Source: a bacterium
Lineage (GTDB): Bacteria; Patescibacteriota; Saccharimonadia; UBA4664; JBBRNT01
Assembly (NCBI GenBank): GCA_043767845.1
Contig: JAYUFZ010000018.1
Location: 3,312-67,311, forward strand
Direction: 5' to 3'
Length of the DNA: 64,000 nucleotides
The notes beneath the pieces were generated by a model that was given only the letters and a program-made list of their open reading frames with translations, searched no databases and had not been told where the DNA came from. Shown here piece by piece: positions 34,813-42,934 of the stretch. Within the stretch, counting starts at the first letter, position 1. Each line of letters begins with the position of its first letter. The position numbers were made by a program, and so were the translations under genes.

Positions 34813-35915
34813 GCTGTTAGTAGCTTCTGTAGTTCGGCAGCGCTTTTCGCCCAGGAGAACTTTGCAACTTGCCCATCGCCTTTATGTCGGAGGCTGTCGC
34901 GTAGCTTGGTGTTTGTGAGTATCGCAGAAAGCACCCCTGCTATAGCCTTGGTACCAAGCGGGTCGAAGGTCAGAGCGGCCTCCCCGGTCACTTCTGGGAG
35001 CGAGGTGGCGTTTGATGAGGCTACGGGGGTGTGGGAGGCCATTGCCTCCAAGACTGGCAAGCCAAAGCCTTCATAGGTACTCGGAAATACGAAAGCTGTG
35101 GCTAGGGCGTAGACTCGCGGTAAGTCGGCATCATCAATAAAACCAGTCAGGCGGATGTGCGAATCGCCATCCAGTGAAACCTCTTGGTTGTGCCATTTCG
35201 CGCCAGCTATAATCAGCGGATAGCCATTGCGCAAAGCTGGTGCAAGCAAGCGGTGGGCGGCAATAGCGCTGACTACATTCTTGCGTGGCTCGCTACCACC
35301 AATCGTCAGTACAAATTGCTTGGGTAGATTGTAGCGTTTGACTGTAGTTTCCAGTTCGGCTTTGCTGTGGGTTACGAAAAATTGCGGGTCAGCCTGCAGG
35401 TAGATGACCTGGATTTTGCTAGCCGGGATAGCGAGTTGCCGTACAGCGATATCCTTACTGTACCGGGAGATGGCCGTAAATTCATCGGCAACTTTTACCG
35501 AGCGCTGCATAATGTGGGTCACGATCAGTCGCCGCAAAGTGAACTTGGTGCTGCCGAAGTAGAGGTCAGGCTTTTCTACCGGAATCATATCGAGCAAAGA
35601 AACAATAGTTCGGCAGGTTTTGAAGCCAGGGCTGCTGAGATTATGGAATGAGTAAAAGACGTCGGCCTTCAGTCTAAGTAGGATGAATGGTAGCCTGAAT
35701 GTTAGCCAGATTGCCCGCTTACTGGCGGTTACTTTGTATACTTCGAAGTTAGGAGCGCTAATACCTGACGTAATGAAGCTATGATTAGCGTTGACCATAA
35801 TAATGTACTTGTTGGCAGTGTCGAGCGCCTGTAACTCGCGCAACATATTATAAGCCAGCCGGTCGCTGCCGGTGATATGGGGGGCTGCCTGGTAGGCGTC
35901 GATGATGATGGTCAT
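34809..35915 (-). CDS. glycosyltransferase family 4
   Basis: 'FVFPSTYEGFGLPVLEAMASHTPVASSNATSLPEV'. Confidence 0.8.
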   Translation of the reverse strand: MTIIIDAYQAAPHITGSDRLAYNMLRELQALDTANKYIIMVNANHSFITSGISAPNFEVYKVTASKRAIWLTFRLPFILLRLKADVFYSFHNLSSPGFKTCRTIVSLLDMIPVEKPDLYFGSTKFTLRRLIVTHIMQRSVKVADEFTAISRYSKDIAVRQLAIPASKIQVIYLQADPQFFVTHSKAELETTVKRYNLPKQFVLTIGGSEPRKNVVSAIAAHRLLAPALRNGYPLIIAGAKWHNQEVSLDGDSHIRLTGFIDDADLPRVYALATAFVFPSTYEGFGLPVLEAMASHTPVASSNATSLPEVTGEAALTFDPLGTKAIAGVLSAILTNTKLRDSLRHKGDGQVAKFSWAKSAAELQKLLTA

Positions 35916-35927
35916 AGCTGGTTTGTC

Positions 35928-37001
35928 CTAGGTTAATTGCTCAAGCATATCCTGAGCTATCTTGTCCCACTCGTACATATCGGCCAGAGCCTGGAGCTCA
36001 CTTTTGTGAGTGTTCCGAAAGCTTGCTTTGAGCACTTGAGTTATGGCTTTGGCCAGAGCTGGGGGATTTTTTTCGGGAGTCATCGTAATTGCCGAACTGT
36101 CTAGTAAGTTGGGCGGGGTTTGGGGTCCGAATGTGGTGATAACCGGACAGAGATTAACAATCGCAGCCAGGGTACTCGTACTGTTGGCTCTTACTCCACC
36201 GTGAAAAGGTGACACCGAGCAGATTGCATACTGCAAATATTGGCTTACCACTGCCTCCGGGCAAACGCCAACCCAGTGTACTCGATCTTCAATGCCCAAT
36301 TTCTTGGCTAGATCTTGGTAGCGCAGATCGACTCGACCGATTAGAGCCAGCTGCAAGCCCTCAGTTCTGGTTAGTGCTTCGAGAATATCGCCTAAGCCTT
36401 TCTTATCCTGCTGTAATCCAAAGTAGACGATATAGGGTCCGATGATAGGTCTTTCTTTTGCAGGCACATATCCAATTGCAGAGCCCATTCTTGATAGACT
36501 ACCATTGACCACATTGTCGAGCCCCATCTCACTAAGGTCGCTCTGATTAAAGACTATTACCCGGTTACTCCAGCGCAGTGTTTTCACTAAGGCCTGCCTA
36601 TTGGCCGCAAGAGTCTGTTGGTACTCATGTATTATCACGCAGACCCGGATCCAAGGGAATAGAATGCGTATCAGTATTGGGCCCCAAACTGTAAGGTTTG
36701 CGTCGGCGGCCGGCAGTACAGCTGGATACTGGAAAAGTATCTGCGTCGGTCGAAAGCGTAAGATTGGCCAGATAAGCTGATAGAAATAGAGCACATCCCA
36801 GCGTCTGATAATAGGCTTCACCTCAAGATTCTTGCTTTTGTAGGGGCTAGTGTCGAATTGCGCGGAGGTTAAGACGAGGCATTGGTGACCGATATTTGAA
36901 AAGGCTGTCATAAGTTTCTGGCCGTAGTCGCCCACTCCGCAAACCACAGGTGGCCAGGAGCTATTAACAAGCATGATTCGTTTAGGTTGGAATTTCGCCA
37001 T
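35928..37001 (-). CDS. glycosyltransferase (GT4-like N-terminal domain)
   Basis: 'IMLVNSSWPPVVCGVGDYGQKLMTAFSNIGHQCLVLT' resembles Glyco_trans_4-like N-domains. Lies within the GT cluster. Confidence 0.5.
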   Translation of the reverse strand: MAKFQPKRIMLVNSSWPPVVCGVGDYGQKLMTAFSNIGHQCLVLTSAQFDTSPYKSKNLEVKPIIRRWDVLYFYQLIWPILRFRPTQILFQYPAVLPAADANLTVWGPILIRILFPWIRVCVIIHEYQQTLAANRQALVKTLRWSNRVIVFNQSDLSEMGLDNVVNGSLSRMGSAIGYVPAKERPIIGPYIVYFGLQQDKKGLGDILEALTRTEGLQLALIGRVDLRYQDLAKKLGIEDRVHWVGVCPEAVVSQYLQYAICSVSPFHGGVRANSTSTLAAIVNLCPVITTFGPQTPPNLLDSSAITMTPEKNPPALAKAITQVLKASFRNTHKSELQALADMYEWDKIAQDMLEQLT

Positions 37002-37887
37002 AATATTTACGATAATAAGCTATTGTACCCCGGATTGACCACTGCAGTGTATGCCAACGTGTTTTATGGAAGCGCAACTTGCCGAGCGGCTTGAGCATTG
37101 TAATACTAAGGCGAAGTAGGTCACCGAATACGGTCAATTGTGCTTGATGATACTCCTTCCTTGTGCCGTGCTTATGGCTAAAGTAGAGCCTGTTGCGATA
37201 GAAGTAATAATGTTGCTTAGGACTACCTTCTCCAAGGCTGGCAGAGACGTAGTGGCGGCAGCTGGCTTGGGGATCGACAAGCAGCTGGTAGCCCGCCTGC
37301 TGGATCCTCAAGGTAAGGTCAGCATCCTCGAAGTATGCGAAGTAATTAGGGTCGAATAGCCCGACTTCTCTAAGCACCGAGCTACGCAGTAGCAGGCAGG
37401 CAGCATTGAGTGTCGCGCTACTATAGATTGTGTCCTGCTGAATATTTTGCAAATGCTGATTGCTAGCCTTGGCAATCAGCGGTCGTGAGCCGGCAAACCA
37501 AATTGTTTTACCATCGGGGTAGAGTATGAGCGGGGATACTGCCCCGGCTTTTGGGTGGTTCTTCAGGACTTGCTCAAGCTGTAGGATGGTTGAGGCCTCA
37601 AGCCGGACATCGGTATTGAGTGTCAGAATAAACTCATAATCCTGCTCCAGTGCCCTTTGAATACCCTGGTTGCTGGCTGTGGCGTAGCCAAGATTTTTCT
37701 TATTCTTGATAACGATAGTGTCCGGGAAAGCATCAAGAATGGTCTTTAAGGACGCTGGCTTAGAACCATTATCGACTAGAAAAGCATCGACTTTTCTTTC
37801 TTGAAGCTCTAACAAGCATGCCAGGCTGTTGGCTGTAGCATTCCAGTTGAGTATAACGGCTGCTGTTCTTGAGTGAGTCATGGCCAC
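36982..37887 (-). CDS. glycosyltransferase family 2
   Basis: 'AAVILNWNATANSLACLLELQE..DAFLVDNGS', 'LNTDVRLE'. Confidence 0.7.
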   Translation of the reverse strand: MAMTHSRTAAVILNWNATANSLACLLELQERKVDAFLVDNGSKPASLKTILDAFPDTIVIKNKKNLGYATASNQGIQRALEQDYEFILTLNTDVRLEASTILQLEQVLKNHPKAGAVSPLILYPDGKTIWFAGSRPLIAKASNQHLQNIQQDTIYSSATLNAACLLLRSSVLREVGLFDPNYFAYFEDADLTLRIQQAGYQLLVDPQASCRHYVSASLGEGSPKQHYYFYRNRLYFSHKHGTRKEYHQAQLTVFGDLLRLSITMLKPLGKLRFHKTRWHTLQWSIRGTIAYYRKYYGEIPT

Positions 37888-38939
37888 AGTGTTTTTACCC
37901 TCTCGGCAAAGCTGGCTAGCGTATGACTATTGCTGGCGTGGTGAGCCGCCTTGGCTTGCTTAGTTAGCTGGTCCAGAGGGCTACTGATTAGCTCTGTCGT
38001 TTGTAGAGCCAAATCAGTGGGATTCTTCCAGAGCCTTCCGAACTGGGGGCCAACTATTTCTAGCTGGCCCCCATCAGCATAGACAAGTGGAATGCATCCA
38101 TAGCTCATGGCTTCAATGGTTGTCATCCCGAAGTGCTCTGCTTTCTCTGGTGCACTGTTTGCTCGCAAGTAACCGGTAGCATGCCAGAAGAAGGAAGCTT
38201 CTTGGTAGAGTGAGGAGAGCTCCACCTGGCTAATATTTGAGAGGAATTCGATATTCAAGCCTTTTGCTAAAGATTGTAACTGAGCAAAGTAAGTCTTATC
38301 GGTGGGGTTATCAAGAAGGCCTCCGGCTAGTGTTAGCTTCCATGAAGACTGTACGGACGCCGGTAATTGAGAGTAGGCCTCGATAAGGGCGTCATGTCGT
38401 TTATTATGCCCACCAGCAAAAAAGCGGCCAACGGCCAAGATGAGGGGCTGCTTGAGTGATTTGTCGTAATTACCGGTTACGATTGGCGGAGAAAGGATTA
38501 CTGAGCGCTTGTGCCAGCGTTGCAATAGCCACTTTTGGGCGTACTCGGAGTATACAATGTGCTTATAGCTAGCTAAGGCTCGTGCTTGGCGAATGCGCAA
38601 TAAGGGATTATCAAAAGATGATAATTGGTCAAAAGGGAATTGAACAACCAGCCAGGAGTTATCTGCTAAGCTGCGGGGCGGTATAGTATTTGTTAGATAA
38701 ATGACCAGATCATAGTCGCCGCTTAGACGGCTAAAGTCTTCAGCTGGCAGGCATTTGTAATATAATTCTGCGGGCAGGCCGAGCTGCTGCAGTCTTTCGG
38801 CAGTCGGAAGGCGTGGAGAGCCAACTGTTAGGTTGTAGCGCTTCTGTAATAGCTCGGCCAGAGTCAGTATATAGCGCTCCCCGCCGCCCAGAGTCGTGAG
38901 GTAGGGGTCGTAGACGAGTAAACTAGGCAATTTTTTCAC
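37878..38939 (-). CDS. glycosyltransferase (GT4/GT1-like)
   Basis: 'LLVYDPYLTTLGGGERYILTLAELL', and C-terminal 'TGYLRANSAPEKAEHFGMTTIEAMSYGCIPLV'. Confidence 0.6.
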   Translation of the reverse strand: MKKLPSLLVYDPYLTTLGGGERYILTLAELLQKRYNLTVGSPRLPTAERLQQLGLPAELYYKCLPAEDFSRLSGDYDLVIYLTNTIPPRSLADNSWLVVQFPFDQLSSFDNPLLRIRQARALASYKHIVYSEYAQKWLLQRWHKRSVILSPPIVTGNYDKSLKQPLILAVGRFFAGGHNKRHDALIEAYSQLPASVQSSWKLTLAGGLLDNPTDKTYFAQLQSLAKGLNIEFLSNISQVELSSLYQEASFFWHATGYLRANSAPEKAEHFGMTTIEAMSYGCIPLVYADGGQLEIVGPQFGRLWKNPTDLALQTTELISSPLDQLTKQAKAAHHASNSHTLASFAERVKTLWP

Positions 38940-39621
38940 AGTAGAAGTACCAACTCTTACCGAAATGCTGGCTCATAAGACCTAGCCCGCGGTTGAGCAC
39001 CGGTGTCTTAGCCCAAGTTTTGAAGAAACTATTTAGAACGCGGTCTACGCCACTATGATTGAGTATCTTGCCAGTATGATCAGACTTACTGCGTAGCAGG
39101 GCGTGGAAGAACCAAGATATAGCTGGTACGAAGTTCTTGGTTTCGATCTTTAAGACTCGATATCCTGCGGCTTCAATAAGCTCCTTGAGCTGGCGCTTGG
39201 AAAATATTTTGACGTGGGTAGCGTTACTTGCATAACCTGGATGTAGACGCCAATAAACCCTCTCGGTGTAGCCGGTGGGTACGCCTATACACAATACCCC
39301 GCCTGGTTTGAGCACTCGATTAACCTCCTGTAGCAGTTGCTCGGTAGGCTTGATGTGCTCAATCACCTCTAGTAAGATGGCGCCGTCGAAAGAATTTGCC
39401 TTAAAAGGCATGTTTGTTGCATCACCTTCAATAATAGTGATGCCTTTAGCTGCTGCGTTGTTATTGAAGTCTTCGACAAGGTTTGGGTCAATTTCAATGG
39501 CCGTAATTGTCGCTCCCTTAGCCTTAAGGGCAATAGAATTGTGACCTTCAGCCGAGCCTATGTCTAGAAGATGAAGGCCCTTGCTTGCCGGAAAGATTAT
39601 TGGATTAATATTCTCAATCAT
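38923..39621 (-). CDS. class I SAM-dependent methyltransferase
   Basis: 'LLDIGSAEGHNS' (motif I), 'VLKPGGVLCIGVP'. Confidence 0.7.
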   Translation of the reverse strand: MIENINPIIFPASKGLHLLDIGSAEGHNSIALKAKGATITAIEIDPNLVEDFNNNAAAKGITIIEGDATNMPFKANSFDGAILLEVIEHIKPTEQLLQEVNRVLKPGGVLCIGVPTGYTERVYWRLHPGYASNATHVKIFSKRQLKELIEAAGYRVLKIETKNFVPAISWFFHALLRSKSDHTGKILNHSGVDRVLNSFFKTWAKTPVLNRGLGLMSQHFGKSWYFYCEKIA

Positions 39622-40411
39622 TTCGTACTCGCTCCCAGTCCTTATATTGTTGGTCTATTGAGGGCTTCTGCTGTAGCTCCCAGAGCCTGGCGTAAACAAC
39701 AAACCAAGACAATGGACGATATAGCATCTCGATTACCCCGGGCGCTCCATCACGGTAGATGCGTTGTTTTATAGCCAACTTATAAAACTCCCGCAGCATA
39801 ACTCCGACTAGTGTCCTACGTGTTACGGGCGGATGGCCAGTCTGGAGCATCTCATGAGCCTGGATATTGGCGTACTGCATGGTTTTGGGTAGATTATCCA
39901 TGACTGAGCGGTGCGAGAAATGAGCTACGGGTAGGTTTATGAAGCCAGTTTTTGGAGTACTCACTCTAAAAACCAGCTGCTCATGTATATCGCCCTCATA
40001 GCGCGCTGCCTCGTGTAGAAATAGCCGGGTGTGGATTTCTTGGCTGTCGCAATAAACCATCTTGTGTCCGTAGTAGTAGTTCTGCCATGGCATAGTATAA
40101 GCATCATAATCTCCTTCTAGCGCCGTGCGGATGGCCTGGGCTAATGACTTAGAGATTCGTTCATCTGCATCAAGGATAAAAACCCAATCACCACTACAGG
40201 CATCTATAAGCTTGTTCTTGGCCACCGAGAATCCTTTGGCAGTATCTATAGTAATCACCTTGGCACCCGATTTTGTTGCTAAAGCCTGGGTCATATCGGT
40301 ACTAGTAGAATCAATGCCTACGACTATCTCATCTGCCCATCTGGCGCTTTCTAGTGCGCCGCCGATCATAAACTGTTCATTTTTGGCGAGTATCGCGATA
40401 GATAGTTTCAT
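39614..40411 (-). CDS. glycosyltransferase family 2
   Basis: 'KLSIAILAKNEQFMIGGALES..DEIVVGIDSTSTD', 'FILDADE'. Confidence 0.7.
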   Translation of the reverse strand: MKLSIAILAKNEQFMIGGALESARWADEIVVGIDSTSTDMTQALATKSGAKVITIDTAKGFSVAKNKLIDACSGDWVFILDADERISKSLAQAIRTALEGDYDAYTMPWQNYYYGHKMVYCDSQEIHTRLFLHEAARYEGDIHEQLVFRVSTPKTGFINLPVAHFSHRSVMDNLPKTMQYANIQAHEMLQTGHPPVTRRTLVGVMLREFYKLAIKQRIYRDGAPGVIEMLYRPLSWFVVYARLWELQQKPSIDQQYKDWERVRND

Positions 40412-41862
40412 GAAGCCCTCACCAGTTGTTTTATCTCATCAATATTAAACTGCTTGGTAGTAATTGCCAAGGCTGCATAGCTAACTACCCCGATAGCAAC
40501 ACAGAGCACAAGTACGAGGATATTGCTATAGCCTCTAGTGACTAAAAAATCTCTAGCCAAGTATACGGCTATACCCATCGCAATAGCATTTAATAAGGCT
40601 GGTAGGTGTAGCTTCAGGCTGTCGGGCGCGACAAGCCATTTTCTATAATAATAGCGCAGTAGAAAAAGCTGTAGCCCTTCGGTTAGCACAACTGAAGTCG
40701 CAGCACCGGCCAGGCCCCATAGGGGTATGGCGACTAAATTGAGGATTATATTTGTACTAATAGTGATATAGGTAAGCCTCAGCAGACGTTTTTGGTAGTT
40801 AGCTGCAATTAAGCTACTGGAATAAACTGCATTGAAATAAATTAGGTAGTTACCAAGCATTAGGATCGACATCGGCAGTGCTGCTCCTATGAACGCTTTA
40901 CCCCCTAGTAATATCGAGATATTCGATGAAAGGATAATGACGCCTACAGTTATGGGAGCCGCTGCCATACCAAGTAGGCGTGTCGACTTGATGGTTAAGT
41001 CGTGCAGCTTTGCTGGGTCTTCTACGACCCGACACATGAGAGGATAGACTGCCCCCATGAAGAATATTGGAAAAGACATGGTTAGCTCGATCACTTTATA
41101 GGCGATGCCGTAGATGCCGACTTGGGCGCTCGTCAGGAATAGTGATATTAAAAAACTGTCTGCCCGAAAGTAGATAGTATTTAAGATGCTAGCTACAGCA
41201 AGAGGTACAGTTAACCCGATAATATAGCGTAGGTACCGCGGGTCGTAACGTATAACCGGGCGGCTGGCTGCGAGTCCAAGACACATGTCGCTCGTAAAGT
41301 TTACTGTTGCTCCGGCTAGCGTCGCCAGAATTAATCCATGGAAACCAAGGTCCCTGGAGATGACGTAGTAAGTAAGTGCGATAGTAGTGATACGCCCCAA
41401 TATATCGCCAATAACGATCAGATCATTACGCAGACGGGCGACAAGTGTTGAAGTGACGGTGCTTTGAAGGGTCGCCAGGATGAGTGTAATACTCAGGTAG
41501 GCGATCGCTTGGCGTGTATAGGCTTGACCACTCATATGGTACAGTAGGCTGCCTGATGCAGCTGCTACTATAGCAATGAAAATAGAGACTAGAACTCGTA
41601 AGAATAGAATACTGCCAATTATTTCCGCCGCTGGCCGTTTATTCTGGGCTAATTCACGAATTGTAATATTGCTAATGCCAGCATCGGTCAGGGTGGCAAA
41701 CAGGCCTATAAAAATTGCGGCTGTAGCGAGCTGGCCATAATTCGTAACACCAAGGTAGCGAGTAGACAGGCTGATCACTAGAATACCTAGCCCAGATACC
41801 ACAATGCGACCAACGATTTGGGCAACAGAATTATAGGCTACACGCTGGCTATTAGTCGCCAT
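40408..41862 (-). CDS. polysaccharide flippase (Wzx/MOP superfamily)
   Basis: 484 aa, ~14 TM segments, N-terminal 'NSVAQIVGRIVVSGLGILVISLSTRYLGVTNYGQLATA' typical of oligosaccharide flippases. Confidence 0.65.
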   Translation of the reverse strand: MATNSQRVAYNSVAQIVGRIVVSGLGILVISLSTRYLGVTNYGQLATAAIFIGLFATLTDAGISNITIRELAQNKRPAAEIIGSILFLRVLVSIFIAIVAAASGSLLYHMSGQAYTRQAIAYLSITLILATLQSTVTSTLVARLRNDLIVIGDILGRITTIALTYYVISRDLGFHGLILATLAGATVNFTSDMCLGLAASRPVIRYDPRYLRYIIGLTVPLAVASILNTIYFRADSFLISLFLTSAQVGIYGIAYKVIELTMSFPIFFMGAVYPLMCRVVEDPAKLHDLTIKSTRLLGMAAAPITVGVIILSSNISILLGGKAFIGAALPMSILMLGNYLIYFNAVYSSSLIAANYQKRLLRLTYITISTNIILNLVAIPLWGLAGAATSVVLTEGLQLFLLRYYYRKWLVAPDSLKLHLPALLNAIAMGIAVYLARDFLVTRGYSNILVLVLCVAIGVVSYAALAITTKQFNIDEIKQLVRAS

Positions 41863-41938
41863 AGGTTGATAACAAGACTAAATAAGGCACATTCATATAG
41901 ACAGTTTAACAGAGTCCGGGCCGTTTTTCTGGGGCCGG

Positions 41939-42871
41939 CTAGCGGCTTTTCTTGCTATCCAGATCTATGAGTGGCAGCTTATCAAGAATATTCCAAGCCT
42001 CTGTATCCGTCATGTCGATAAACTCTCCGGCATCATTCTTACTTTCGCGATGCTTGCCGCGTACATAACCTTCTTCGGGGGTCAGCTTCTTAAGTGTAGC
42101 CGGCAAGAGATCGTTTCGCACGAAGAAAGCATTGAGGCCCTGACTATTGCAGCCAATAAAAGAGTATCCCTTGGTTTCGGCTAGCTGGCACAGACCAGCC
42201 AGCGAGGCTCCGTAGTAGATTAGCGGATTACCGGGTTTGGTGCGTACAAAAGTGGATTGATAGGGTATCGTTACCGCTCGCTTGTTCCCATAACGGTAGT
42301 TATACTCAGTAATTACTATGGCAGGATTAAGGTCGTCGATAGCTTGCCATATCCAGTAATCGTTACCGTCAATATCGATAGACAGTATACCGATTTCCCC
42401 GACCATTCCGTTATCGGCAAGTAGCTGGTTGATATTATCCTTTGTGATAAATGAGCAGATTGCCTTGAGTCCGTAGCCCCAGAAAACACTGTCGGATTTA
42501 ATCTTGTTTATGTTACCGTGGTCTCCATCAATTACCAGGCCATCCCAACGATCGTTCAGTAACAAAAAACGAGTATTTGCTTCTTTGTAGTCCTCAACAC
42601 CGAACTCGACAAAAGACTTATTCTTGATTGGTACTTCATGTATTAGCCGCTGAATTATACCGTCTTCTCCCCACTGCGAAAAAGCTCGAAATTCTGACAG
42701 CTGTACGTTCGGCCCATCGAGGCCTGCTAGCTGGCGATTTTCGATGCGACCCAAGGCTTCGCGTATTAATTCTAGCTGTCGATCGAGCTGTATCTGCTCA
42801 ATAGTGTCGGTAATCTTCTGCGATCCACTTAACCGACGTATAGTCCTGAGTAATTTTGATTTAAAGGGCAT
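41939..42871 (-). CDS. FkbM-family methyltransferase
   Basis: 'FVEFGVEDYKEANTRFL' and 'ILSIDIDGNDYWIWQAIDDLNPAIVITEYN' match the FkbM (Methyltransf_21) pattern. Confidence 0.5.
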   Translation of the reverse strand: MPFKSKLLRTIRRLSGSQKITDTIEQIQLDRQLELIREALGRIENRQLAGLDGPNVQLSEFRAFSQWGEDGIIQRLIHEVPIKNKSFVEFGVEDYKEANTRFLLLNDRWDGLVIDGDHGNINKIKSDSVFWGYGLKAICSFITKDNINQLLADNGMVGEIGILSIDIDGNDYWIWQAIDDLNPAIVITEYNYRYGNKRAVTIPYQSTFVRTKPGNPLIYYGASLAGLCQLAETKGYSFIGCNSQGLNAFFVRNDLLPATLKKLTPEEGYVRGKHRESKNDAGEFIDMTDTEAWNILDKLPLIDLDSKKSR

Positions 42872-42934
42872 TACAATACATCCTCGTTAGACTTTCAATT
42901 AGTATAAGGCATAAGTCCCTAATCTTGATATGGA